A model generated the notes under the pieces. The model was not told the DNA's origin, did not search any database, and saw only the letters and a program-made list of their open reading frames with translations. This document shows positions 1 to 7,188 of a DNA stretch of 32,000 bases, piece by piece. Source of the stretch: an uncultured Alphaproteobacteria bacterium. GTDB lineage: Bacteria; Pseudomonadota; Alphaproteobacteria; RF32; CAG-239. The position numbers and the translations under genes were made by a program. The stretch is from positions 1-32,000 of the forward strand of contig CALXVX010000045.1 in the NCBI GenBank assembly GCA_944392215.1. Reading direction: 5' to 3'. Numbering within the stretch: the stretch's first letter is position 1; the number at the start of each line of letters is the position of its first letter.

Positions 1-105
1 ACCACTCATAATGACCGTAGTTTGTAACATCCACCGCTTTTTTTATCCTGCGCTTGGTCGGAGCGGCGACGGGGGATTATTTATTTCATTATGGAAATAT
101 AGTTA

Positions 106-134
106 TTGACATATCTAAAATAATTTAATATGTT
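106..134 (+). promoter_or_regulatory. putative sigma70-type promoter for secE-nusG
   Basis: TTGACA (106-111), 17-nt spacer, TATGTT (129-134). Lies about 60 nt upstream of the secE ORF. Confidence 0.35.
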
Positions 135-197
135 GTCGTCATTGGGTGGACGCGTTGGCTTTGTTGTCAGGCGTCTGTCGTTTGTGGTTTTTATTTT

Positions 198-407
198 ATG
201 GATAAGTTCATGGCAAAAGTTAGTCCGATACAGTTCTTCAGACAGGTTAAACAAGAAGTTAAAAAGGTTACCTGGCCGACCAGAAAAGAAGTTATGCAGA
301 CCTCTTTGGTGGTGATTGTTTTGGTCGCTATTGCGGCTACCTTCTTTTTCTTTGTCGATCAAATTCTGGGTTGGATTGTGAAAATCGTTTTGGATTTGGG
401 AGTTTAG
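198..407 (+). CDS. secE: preprotein translocase subunit SecE
   Basis: 69-aa ORF with ...FFRQVKQEVKKVTWPTRKEV... followed by one TM helix, the classic SecE layout, immediately upstream of nusG. The internal ATG at 210 (MAKVSP...) fits typical SecE N-termini better and may be the real start. Confidence 0.9.
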   Translation: MDKFMAKVSPIQFFRQVKQEVKKVTWPTRKEVMQTSLVVIVLVAIAATFFFFVDQILGWIVKIVLDLGV

Positions 408-944
408 TTGATGGAAGCCCGTTGGTATGTTGTGAATGTCTACTCCGGTTCGGAGAAAAAAGTGGCCGAATCTATTCGCGAGCAGATTGTTCAAAAGCAT
501 TTGGAAGATAAAATTTTGGATGTTATGGTTCCGACTGAGGAAGTCGTGGATGTTAAAAAAGGTGCTAAGGTTAGCAGCGAACGCAAGTTTTTCCCCGGTT
601 ATGTGCTGGTGAAAATGGTTATGTCTGATGATGTGTGGCACATTATTAAAAGTACTTCACGCGTTAGCGGCTTTTTGGGTAGCCGTAATAAGCCTCAACC
701 TATTACGGAGGCAGAAGTCGAGCGGATTATGAAACAGCTGACCGAAGGAGTTGAACGGCCGCGTACTGCCGTTGATTTTGAGGTCGGTGAACAAATCCGC
801 GTTATTGACGGACCGTTTGCTTCCTTTATCGGGTTCGTGGAAGATGTGGATACCGAAAAAATGCGCGTTAAGGTTTCGGTTTCTATCTTCGGACGCTCTA
901 CACCGGTTGAACTTGAGTTTTCTCAAGTCGAAAAAATTAAGTAA
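408..944 (+). CDS. nusG: transcription termination/antitermination factor NusG
   Basis: RWYVVNVYSGSEKKV..., FPGYVLVKM..., GPFASFIGFVEDV..., IFGRSTPVELEFSQVEKI are NGN plus KOW hallmarks. TTG at 408 abuts the secE stop (405-407). ATG at 411 is an equally plausible start. Confidence 0.95.
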   Translation: MMEARWYVVNVYSGSEKKVAESIREQIVQKHLEDKILDVMVPTEEVVDVKKGAKVSSERKFFPGYVLVKMVMSDDVWHIIKSTSRVSGFLGSRNKPQPITEAEVERIMKQLTEGVERPRTAVDFEVGEQIRVIDGPFASFIGFVEDVDTEKMRVKVSVSIFGRSTPVELEFSQVEKIK

Positions 945-963
945 GTTTTTGGTGATTAGTTTG

Positions 964-994
964 AAAGGGTTCGGGTTTTCGAACCCTTTTTGTT
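964..994 (+). terminator. rho-independent terminator after nusG
   Basis: Perfect 9-bp stem aagggttcg (965-973) / cgaaccctt (980-988), followed by a T-run. Confidence 0.7.
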
Positions 995-1014
995 AAGTTT
1001 GCGGGGGGTGTTTT

Positions 1015-1497
1015 ATGTTGAAAAATTTTGTGAATGAGTTCAAAAAATTTGCCATGCGCGGCAATGTGATTGATATGGCTGTTGGTATCATTATCGGCGC
1101 GGCTTTCGGTAAAATTGTGGATTCACTGGTTAAAGACGTCATTATGCCGCCTATCGGTCTATTGCTTGGAAAAGTTGATTTTTCTAATTTGTATATCGTG
1201 TTGAAAAACGGAGCAGGGGAATTTCCGTATAATTCTTTGGCCGCGGCTCAGGCGGCCGGGGCGGTTACTCTTAATTACGGTTTGTTTATCAATGCCGTTA
1301 TCAGTTTTGTTATCGTAGCGTTTGCGGTGTTTATTCTGATTAAGGGAATTAACAATCTGCAAGCCAAGATGGATAAAAAAGAAGCTCAGGAGGCGGCAAA
1401 AGAGGCGCCGAAAACCAAAACTTGCCCATATTGCTGTTCTGAAATTCCGGTTAATGCCGTTAAGTGTCCTCATTGCACCAGCGATTTGAAGAAGTGA
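1015..1497 (+). CDS. mscL: large-conductance mechanosensitive channel MscL with C-terminal CxxC...CxxC zinc-ribbon-like tail
   Basis: N-terminus [40 protein letters not shown] is near-identical in pattern to E. coli MscL. G-rich SD at 1003-1010. The last 25 aa are [25 protein letters not shown]. Confidence 0.9.
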   Translation: MLKNFVNEFKKFAMRGNVIDMAVGIIIGAAFGKIVDSLVKDVIMPPIGLLLGKVDFSNLYIVLKNGAGEFPYNSLAAAQAAGAVTLNYGLFINAVISFVIVAFAVFILIKGINNLQAKMDKKEAQEAAKEAPKTKTCPYCCSEIPVNAVKCPHCTSDLKK

Positions 1498-1523
1498 TGA
1501 AACATACATTTTAAAGTTTGCAA

Positions 1524-1555
1524 GCGGAGGCTTCGTGCCTCCGTTTGTTGTTTTG
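1524..1555 (+). terminator. rho-independent terminator after mscL
   Basis: Stem cggaggc (1525-1531) / gcctccg (1537-1543), then tttgttgtttt. Confidence 0.7.
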
Positions 1556-1621
1556 AGCGCCTTGTTATAAGGCTATTCTTGCTTAAAAATTTATAGGCTT
1601 TCTGTTTTTGTGATAGACGTA

Positions 1622-1650
1622 TTGACAAAATGTCGAAATTGTACTATTCT
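1622..1650 (+). promoter_or_regulatory. putative sigma70 promoter for orphan ORF
   Basis: Consensus TTGACA (1622-1627), 17-nt spacer, TATTCT (1645-1650). Followed by SD AGGGAGG and the ATG at 1673. Confidence 0.5.
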
Positions 1651-1672
1651 AGACAAAACTAGGGAGGCCAGT

Positions 1673-2290
1673 ATGGGTTTGTTTAATAATCTCTTTGGAA
1701 AAAGGCTAGAAAAGTCAGACTTTGATATTGAAAAAATTTATCGAAACAAAATTATATGTCAACAGACAATGCGTGACAAACCGGAAGGCACTATTCTGCA
1801 GTTTGGAGAGACAACCGTTGACGGTAAAAATTATCTGTTGATGTATGAACAATCTGAATATTCTTCTTTGGCAGAGCCTGATGTCAGGCAGACAGAAAAG
1901 CAGCTTAGGACTTATCAATATGGCGCTATCAGTGTTTTTGATTTGCAAAACGGAAAGCAGATTTTGAAAGCTGAATTTAGAAAGGAAAAAGACGCCAGAG
2001 CTAATGTTTGGAGTCCTGATAAAGAAGTGGAATTTAGTTTGGTGACTAAAAAGGGAAAACGAAGTATAAAAGCCTATTCTGCAAAGGATGGGTGGCAGTT
2101 GTTTGACGGAAAAGATCTGTATGGCTACGGTAAAGCAGAACGCAAGGTTCTTAAACTTCCTGCGCAAATTGCTGCAAGAGTTAGAAGTGCTATCTCTGAA
2201 AATCCGCAAGCCTATCATTTGTATCTATCTGTGCAAAAGGCAATCGCCGGCAAAAACAGACAACGTAAATCTGTTGAGCAAGGGCGCTGA
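1673..2290 (+). CDS. hypothetical protein (205 aa), no recognisable domain
   Basis: ATG at 1673 is preceded by agggagg at good spacing. The GTG at 1610 in the ORF track would start inside the promoter. Ends 20 nt before a strong bidirectional terminator. Confidence 0.6.
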   Translation: MGLFNNLFGKRLEKSDFDIEKIYRNKIICQQTMRDKPEGTILQFGETTVDGKNYLLMYEQSEYSSLAEPDVRQTEKQLRTYQYGAISVFDLQNGKQILKAEFRKEKDARANVWSPDKEVEFSLVTKKGKRSIKAYSAKDGWQLFDGKDLYGYGKAERKVLKLPAQIAARVRSAISENPQAYHLYLSVQKAIAGKNRQRKSVEQGR

Positions 2291-2305
2291 AAGTTAATAA
2301 ATTAG

Positions 2306-2345
2306 ATAAAAAGGCCTGATGTTCCTCAACATCAGGCCTTTTTAT
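2306..2345. terminator. bidirectional rho-independent terminator shared by convergent genes
   Basis: Perfect 13-bp stem aaggcctgatgtt (2311-2323) / aacatcaggcctt (2328-2340), with an A-run upstream and a T-run downstream. Confidence 0.8.
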
Positions 2346-2855
2346 CTATGCCGGCTCAGCAAGAAGGGTTTTGCAGTGTCCATCGTATTCGGTTATTTTG
2401 CAAAGAATGGTCATGCCCTTGCAAAAGTCTTTGCTGTTTTTGATGGTGCAGTAGACATTTTTGGCCAACCGAACCAGAAGCAGTGCGCCTTTTTTGATGG
2501 TGTCTACGATTTTGCCAACGACAATACTGCCGAGCGGGTGAGCCTCAATATACAGGTCAACCGGCATTTGTTGCGGGATGACTTCTATGTTGAGCTCGGG
2601 GTAGGAATAGCTTCCCTTTTCCCGAAGTTTTTTACTTATGTGAACTACCTTGACTTGCCAGAAATCTCCAGTCTTGAAGATGACATGGGGGTTAATTCGG
2701 CAGCCCCTGGGAAGGTAGAATGTCCCGGAACTTTTTTCATCGTAATAGTTGGTAACTGTAAAGGTTACGCGGTCATTTTTGACGGACTTGACCTGAGCAT
2801 CATAGGTAAGATCCTTGCTTCCTACGACGAAGCCGTTAGAATGGTACGGTTTCAT
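2346..2855 (-). CDS. hypothetical protein (169 aa), possible C-terminal S1/OB-fold-like segment
   Basis: Its stop abuts the bidirectional terminator. The sequence looks protein-like. GSIVVGKIVDTIKKGALLLVRLAKNVYCTIKN resembles the S1-domain pattern (from memory, weak). No clear SD. Preferred over the overlapping + ORF 2319-2948, which would start inside the terminator hairpin. Confidence 0.5.
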   Translation of the reverse strand: MKPYHSNGFVVGSKDLTYDAQVKSVKNDRVTFTVTNYYDEKSSGTFYLPRGCRINPHVIFKTGDFWQVKVVHISKKLREKGSYSYPELNIEVIPQQMPVDLYIEAHPLGSIVVGKIVDTIKKGALLLVRLAKNVYCTIKNSKDFCKGMTILCKITEYDGHCKTLLAEPA

Positions 2856-3029
2856 TTTATTTTTAGATTGATGGGTCCAAATGAAATTCCGGATTGTTGC
2901 AACAATAAAAAATCAATAACCATCCAGAATAATCATGAAATGATGTAGTCAGTATAATAGTATTAAATCTAATTTGCAACAATTTTGGACAAAATGTTTA
3001 TATCTTTTTCCCTTTGATGCAAAAAATGC

Positions 3030-3057
3030 TTGCAAAATGAATCTGTTGTGGTATACA
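3030..3057 (+). promoter_or_regulatory. putative promoter of rplK-rplA
   Basis: TTGCAA (3030-3035), 16-nt spacer, TATACA (3052-3057), with TGg just upstream (extended -10-like) and an A-tract at 3021-3026. Shares a roughly 40-nt module with the rpoB promoter at 8804. Confidence 0.45.
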
Positions 3058-3166
3058 AACCCCACGTTCGGATGAATCTTTTGTGCCGAATGTATTGTTT
3101 TTTAATAATTTCGTGGGAGGCCAGCCATGGTCATGACCACGGAACCTAACTTTTAAGGGTATGAAA
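3058..3166 (+). promoter_or_regulatory. structured rplK 5' leader (candidate L1 autoregulatory site)
   Basis: Terminator-like hairpin acgttcgg (3064-3071) / ccgaatgt (3086-3093) followed by a T6 run. Second stem cgtgg (3112-3116) / ccacg (3137-3141) encloses GAGGCC... and the palindrome ggtcatgacc. L1 control of the L11 operon leader is established in E. coli. Its presence here is inference. Confidence 0.3.
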
Positions 3167-3604
3167 ATGGCTAAATCTAAAAAGAAAATTTTAGGATTAA
3201 TCAAGCTTCAGATCCCCGCTGGAAAAGCTAATCCTTCTCCTCCGGTTGGTCCTGCTTTGGGCCAAAAGGGCTTGAATATTATGGAATTCTGCAAAGCATT
3301 TAACGCTGCTACCCAGAAATTGGAACCCGGTATTCCGGTTCCGGTAGTGATTACTGCTTTTGAAGATAAGTCTTTCACTTTTGTTACCAAACTGCCTCCG
3401 GTTTCTTACTATCTTAAGAAAGCTGCCAATATTAAGTCAGCTTCCAAAGAGCCAGGTAAGTCCGTTGCCGGTCAGGTAACTCTCGCTCAGGTTAAAGAAA
3501 TCGCTGAGACCAAATTACCCGATCTTAACTGCTCAACCGTTGAAGCAGCTATGAATATGGTTAAAGGTCAGGCCGTTTCTATGGGCATTAAGGTTGTGGA
3601 GTAG
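3167..3604 (+). CDS. rplK: 50S ribosomal protein L11
   Basis: [48 protein letters not shown] aaggg lies 7 nt before the ATG at 3167. The ORF-track start at 3161 has almost no SD spacing. Confidence 0.95.
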   Translation: MAKSKKKILGLIKLQIPAGKANPSPPVGPALGQKGLNIMEFCKAFNAATQKLEPGIPVPVVITAFEDKSFTFVTKLPPVSYYLKKAANIKSASKEPGKSVAGQVTLAQVKEIAETKLPDLNCSTVEAAMNMVKGQAVSMGIKVVE

Positions 3605-3608
3605 TATC

Positions 3609-4292
3609 ATGTCTGGAAAAAGAATCGTAAACGCTTATAAGACAGTCAACAAAGATCAGGCTTATGCTCTGAGCGAGGCTGTTAAAATCGTTAAAGAAAA
3701 TGCTACTGCAAAATTTGACGAGACCATTGATATTGCCGTAAACCTCGGTGTTGACCCTAAATATGCAGACCAAATGGTTCGTGGTGTTTGTGCTTTGCCG
3801 CACGGTACCGGTAAGACCGTTCGTGTTGCCGTATTTGCTCAGGGTGAAAAAGCCGATGAAGCTAAAGCTGCCGGTGCCGATATCGTCGGTGCAGAGAATT
3901 TGGTTGATTCCATTCTCGCCGGTAAGGTTGATTTTGACCGCTGTATTGCCACTCCTGATATGATGGGTATGGCTGGTCGTGTTGCCCGTGTTTTGGGTCC
4001 CAAAGGCTTGATGCCGAACCCGAAACTCGGTACCGTTACCACTGATGTTGCCAATGCCGTTAAAAAGGCTAAGGCCGGTGAGGTTCAATACCGTGTTGAG
4101 AAAAACGGTATTGTTCATGCCGGTATCGGTAAGGCTTCTTTCAGCGAGCAACAGATTGTTGAAAACGCTAAGGCTTTCATTGATGCTATCATTAAAGCCA
4201 AACCGGCCGGTGCCAAAGGAACTTATATGAAGAAGATTTCTTTGAGCAGCACTATGGGTGTCGGTGTTAAGGTTGATTCCTCTGCTTTGTAA
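3609..4292 (+). CDS. rplA: 50S ribosomal protein L1
   Basis: [13 protein letters not shown]...[24 protein letters not shown]...LPHGTGK. SD gtggag lies 8 nt upstream. The start is 4 nt after the rplK stop. Confidence 0.95.
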   Translation: MSGKRIVNAYKTVNKDQAYALSEAVKIVKENATAKFDETIDIAVNLGVDPKYADQMVRGVCALPHGTGKTVRVAVFAQGEKADEAKAAGADIVGAENLVDSILAGKVDFDRCIATPDMMGMAGRVARVLGPKGLMPNPKLGTVTTDVANAVKKAKAGEVQYRVEKNGIVHAGIGKASFSEQQIVENAKAFIDAIIKAKPAGAKGTYMKKISLSSTMGVGVKVDSSAL

Positions 4293-4313
4293 TGAGGTTT
4301 TAACAGACTTTAG

Positions 4314-4346
4314 AAAAGCTCCGTTTGCAAAAGCGGAGCTTTTTTA
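4314..4346 (+). terminator. rho-independent terminator after rplA
   Basis: Stem agctccg (4317-4323) / cggagct (4334-4340), loop tttgcaaaag, T-run 4340-4345. Confidence 0.7.
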
Positions 4347-4362
4347 GTTTAAATTTTGTCTA

Positions 4363-4390
4363 TTGACACTTGGGCTGATTGTGCTATTAT
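4363..4390 (+). promoter_or_regulatory. near-consensus extended -10 promoter for the 87-aa ORF
   Basis: TTGACA (4363-4368), 16-nt spacer ending in TGc, TATTAT (4385-4390). Confidence 0.5.
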
Positions 4391-4479
4391 TTATGGCATG
4401 ATAAGGTATATTTTATAAATAATTAAATTAATCGAAAGAGGCACCGGAATAATTAACCTCTTTAAAATCCGGCTAAGGT

Positions 4480-4743
4480 ATGAAGACATTTTTAGTTGCA
4501 AAAGGCTTCGGCAAGGATATTGTTCGACTGGTGTTGAATGGATATGTTGACGCAGAGGTGGTACGCCCCGTTAAGCTTGGTGAGGTAAAAAATATTGACC
4601 TGAAGCCCCTTCGCAGTAAAAAACTAATGGCGGTTCCGCAGGATGTTCTGCCAGAGCTTGTGGGTGAATGCCCGCGAAGCGCCAAGACAGATGCCTTTTT
4701 GGCGGAGGCATGGCAAAAAGTGTTTACTTGGCTCAAAAAATGA
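4480..4743 (+). CDS. hypothetical small protein (87 aa) inserted between rplA and rplJ
   Basis: ATG preceded by taaggt. Has its own promoter and terminator and no recognisable domain. The antisense ORF 4473-4778 is S/T/R-rich and looks non-coding. Confidence 0.45.
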   Translation: MKTFLVAKGFGKDIVRLVLNGYVDAEVVRPVKLGEVKNIDLKPLRSKKLMAVPQDVLPELVGECPRSAKTDAFLAEAWQKVFTWLKK

Positions 4744-4757
4744 GCCAAATCTATATA

Positions 4758-4794
4758 AAAAAGAGTTCTGTTTTGCAAACGGAGCTCTTTTTTA
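4758..4794 (+). terminator. rho-independent terminator after the 87-aa ORF
   Basis: 9-bp stem 4762-4770 / 4780-4788 (two G-U pairs), loop ttttgcaaa, T-run. Closely resembles the rplA terminator at 4314-4346. Confidence 0.6.
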
Positions 4795-4810
4795 TTTATG
4801 AAAAAAGTGC

Positions 4811-4839
4811 TTGACTTTTAGAGTTTTACATATTATTAA
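4811..4839 (+). promoter_or_regulatory. putative promoter of rplJ-rplL
   Basis: TTGACT (4811-4816), 17-nt spacer, TATTAA (4834-4839), with an A-tract upstream. Confidence 0.45.
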
Positions 4840-4845
4840 CCAAAC

Positions 4846-5085
4846 CACAAGAACGGCAAATACCGTTCGACCTGTCCAAGACTGCCGGTGGCCTATGGCC
4901 TTAAATATCCAGCATAGACGGAGTAAGTGAGATTTTTTTAATCAATTTTTCTCCTGGACAGTTAGGTCCCGTCAGGGCAAGCGTTTGGGAGAGAAAAACT
5001 TTCCTCCTCAATCAAACAGTCTTGGCGGATTTGTTAAAATGGCATATTCCGATCTTTCGGGCTATGCAAAATTTGGAGACAACAA
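4846..5085 (+). promoter_or_regulatory. long structured rplJ 5' leader (candidate L10-(L12)4 autoregulatory leader)
   Basis: About 240-nt untranslated gap. Hairpin gaacgg (4851-4856) / ccgttc (4863-4868). Long-range pairs ctgtcca (4872-4878) / tggacag (4955-4961) and ccaagactg (4876-4884) / cagtcttgg (5017-5025). Confidence 0.4.
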
Positions 5086-5562
5086 GTGAACCGCGAAGAA
5101 AAAGCACAACTGCTCAGCGAGCTGAACGAGCTGTTCTCAAACGCCGAAATCGTAGTCGTTTCTCACTACAAAGGCCTCACCGTTGAGGAAGTTTCGCAAT
5201 TGAGAAGTAATATCCGTAAAGCCGGTGCTGGGTTCAGAGTTACTAAAAACCGGATTACTCGTCTTGCTCTCAAAGGCACAAAGTTTGAAAACTTGGCTGA
5301 TCTCTTCACCGGGCCGACTGCTATTGCATTCGCCAATGATCCGATCTCTGCTTGTAAAGCTTGTGTCGAATTTGCTAAAAACAATGAGAAACTGATCGTT
5401 ATCGGCGGTGCTATGGGAACCGGTGTTCTCTCTATTGCCGAGATCAACAAGTTGGCTACCATTCCGTCTTTGGACGAACTGCGCGCCAAAATCATTGGTT
5501 TGTTGCAAGCTCCTGCTGCTCAGTTGGCAAGAGTTACCAAGGCTTATTCAGAAAAAGAATAG
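5086..5562 (+). CDS. rplJ: 50S ribosomal protein L10
   Basis: GTG start with SD ggaga 7 nt upstream. MNREEKAQLLSELNELFSNAEIVVVSHYKGLTVEEVSQLR is typical L10. Immediately upstream of rplL. Confidence 0.93.
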   Translation: MNREEKAQLLSELNELFSNAEIVVVSHYKGLTVEEVSQLRSNIRKAGAGFRVTKNRITRLALKGTKFENLADLFTGPTAIAFANDPISACKACVEFAKNNEKLIVIGGAMGTGVLSIAEINKLATIPSLDELRAKIIGLLQAPAAQLARVTKAYSEKE

Positions 5563-5633
5563 TTGTTTTTCTGAGTAATGCAAAATGCAAGATGAATAAC
5601 AAAACTGTTTAATTTATTTATTGGAGAAAAAAA

Positions 5634-6005
5634 ATGGCCGATTTAGCCAAATTAGTAGATGAATTGTCCGCTCTTACCGTTATGGAAGCTGCTGACTTGT
5701 CCAAGATGTTGGAAGAAAAATGGGGCGTTTCTGCCGCCGCTGCCGTTGCTGTTGCTGCCGGTGGTGCTGCTGGTGCCGCTGCCGCTGAAGAGAAAGACGA
5801 ATTTGACGTTGTTCTCGCTGAGGCTGGTGCTAACAAGATCAATGTTATTAAAGAAGTTCGTACCATTACCGGTCTCGGCTTGAAAGAAGCCAAAGACTTG
5901 GTTGATGGCGCTCCCAAGACCATCAAAGAGGGCGTTGCCAAAGCTGAAGCCGAAGAAATGAAGAAGAAATTGGAAGAGGCTGGGGCTAAGGTTGAGCTCA
6001 AGTAG
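5634..6005 (+). CDS. rplL: 50S ribosomal protein L7/L12
   Basis: [32 protein letters not shown], an Ala-rich hinge, then ...[31 protein letters not shown]...AGAKVELK. Confidence 0.97.
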   Translation: MADLAKLVDELSALTVMEAADLSKMLEEKWGVSAAAAVAVAAGGAAGAAAAEEKDEFDVVLAEAGANKINVIKEVRTITGLGLKEAKDLVDGAPKTIKEGVAKAEAEEMKKKLEEAGAKVELK

Positions 6006-6027
6006 TTACGAGGAAGCTCGCAATAAC

Positions 6028-6118
6028 GGCGACTAATCGTAAAAAATAGAAAAAACCGAAAATTCATGTACTATGGTGTACACTAGGATTTTCGGTTTTT
6101 TCATTTTTACTTCTATTC
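6028..6118 (+). repeat. 91-nt repeat copy 1: long palindromic hairpin doubling as the rplL terminator
   Basis: ggcgactaatcgtaaaaaatagaaaaaaccgaaaattcatgtac tatgg tgtacactaggattttcggttttttcatttttac... Imperfect arms of about 33 nt span 6039-6110, and a T-run follows the inner stem. Confidence 0.8.
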
Positions 6119-6249
6119 GCGCGTTCTATCGAGCTTCCATTACCTTGTGCAGAGAGAGTTTTTTTGCGTGTCCCTGAGGGACTTGTTTTTCACGTTATAA
6201 GCCACAAATCTTGAGCTTTTAGAAAAGTGCCGTGTGGAAAGTATGTTCT

Positions 6250-6340
6250 GGCGACTAATCGTAAAAAGTAGAAAAAACCGAAAATTCATGGACTATGGTG
6301 TATACTAGGATTTTCGGTTTTTCTATTTTTATTTCTACTC
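6250..6340 (+). repeat. 91-nt repeat copy 2 (direct repeat of 6028-6118)
   Basis: Aligns base-for-base with copy 1 without gaps. I count 6-7 mismatches by eye. Same long hairpin architecture. Confidence 0.8.
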
Positions 6341-6455
6341 ATCTCAATTATCAATTTTCTATGAGTGCTTTATGAGGATTTTGGGGGTTGACTTTCCTTA
6401 TCAGTCTTGTTAAGAGTGTCCTTAGAATTGGTATTATTAATTAAACTTTTATGTT

Positions 6456-7004
6456 ATGAGTACGAAGATCGAAATTGGCTACTATGCGTTTGAAGGCGGT
6501 AAGTTTTCGTCCGATCCCAACGCTTATTTAAATTGCCAAGGAGTGGTGGCATGGCTTAATCCTGATTCCAGCGCTTCCGAGGGCAAGCGAGGTCTCATCC
6601 TAATTCCAGATGCAGAACGCTTTATGTGGGCAAAGGTCAGCACGGAAATTGGAGCTCAATGCGAGTATGGAGGAAAGTCTAATACGCAAAAAATACTAGA
6701 CTACGCTGAGAAATATAAATTGAATTTTCCGGCGGCACAGTGGTGCGCGTCTTATTCTAAAAATGGGATAAAACCTGGTGAGGCTTTTTTGCCGGCTCAA
6801 GGGCAATGGTGGAATATGCTCGATAATTTGAAAATAATTAACTCCGCTCTTGATAAGATGGGAGGGGCTTTGTTGACAAACGTGGTTTGCTCTTCAACAG
6901 AGTGTTCATCTAATTTGGTGTGGTGCATGGATATGGATGATTTATATGCTCTCAAAGAGCCTAAACGTTCTTATTTTACGGTTAGGGCGGTTATTGCTTT
7001 TTAG
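6456..7004 (+). CDS. DUF1566-like (Lcl C-terminal-like) domain protein
   Basis: C-terminal ...AAQWCASYSKNGIKPGEAFLPAQGQWWNML...VCSSTECSSNLVWCMDMDD...KRSYFTVRAVIAF matches my recollection of the DUF1566 pattern (..W.LP...EL...; ..WSSTE.s...aw......K....vRaVraF). No SD and no signal peptide seen. Confidence 0.6.
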   Translation: MSTKIEIGYYAFEGGKFSSDPNAYLNCQGVVAWLNPDSSASEGKRGLILIPDAERFMWAKVSTEIGAQCEYGGKSNTQKILDYAEKYKLNFPAAQWCASYSKNGIKPGEAFLPAQGQWWNMLDNLKIINSALDKMGGALLTNVVCSSTECSSNLVWCMDMDDLYALKEPKRSYFTVRAVIAF

Positions 7005-7021
7005 GCCGAACTGTTGAATTT

Positions 7022-7054
7022 AACTCCTTGCTTGGTAGCAAGGAGTTGTTTTTT
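7022..7054 (+). terminator. rho-independent terminator
   Basis: Perfect 10-bp stem aactccttgc (7022-7031) / gcaaggagtt (7038-7047), followed by a T-run. Confidence 0.75.
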
Positions 7055-7188
7055 AGGAAAGCGTGTTTGAAAAACAACAACAGAAACGGAAATTTTAAGG
7101 CCTGCGATATATTGTTGGTGCTTTTTATTTTGCTTGTTTGCTGAAATTGTGTTATCGTTCTTTATATTGAAGTTGCGGAGGATGGTAA

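Noticed and set aside
1-197. Looked for the tRNA-Trp that commonly precedes secE, and for any tRNA, rRNA, tmRNA, CRISPR array, IS element, transposase or integrase anywhere in the window.
   Set aside because: No cloverleaf-compatible sequence, no regularly spaced direct repeats and no transposase- or integrase-like ORF could be recognised by eye. A tRNAscan or Infernal run would be needed to be sure.
81-641. 186-aa minus-strand ORF overlapping secE and nusG.
   Set aside because: It is antisense to two unambiguous conserved genes, and its product is an N/H/F/I-rich low-complexity sequence.
2319-2948. 209-aa + strand ORF overlapping the 2346-2855 minus-strand ORF.
   Set aside because: Its ATG lies inside the 13-bp terminator stem, it has no SD, and its sequence is less protein-like than the minus-strand product. 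Residual uncertainty remains.
3061-3141. Attenuator or antiterminator switch model in the rplK leader, with cccacg 3061-3066 pairing with cgtggg 3112-3117 as an alternative to the terminator-like hairpin and to the 3112/3137 stem.
   Set aside because: The proposed antiterminator partner lies downstream of the terminator U-tract. It could not form in time to prevent termination co-transcriptionally. The complementarity is only 6 nt and may be chance.
4473-4778. 101-aa minus-strand ORF covering the 87-aa + ORF.
   Set aside because: It would run through both flanking terminator hairpins, its product is S/T/R-rich, and the strong promoter and SD-like taaggt are on the + strand.
6243-6308. Mini-ORFs inside the repeat region (for example MFWRLIVKSRKNRKFMDYGVY) and MMSNNF at 17461-17481.
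   Set aside because: They are too short, lack an SD, and are made of hairpin or terminator sequence. There is no reason to think they are translated.
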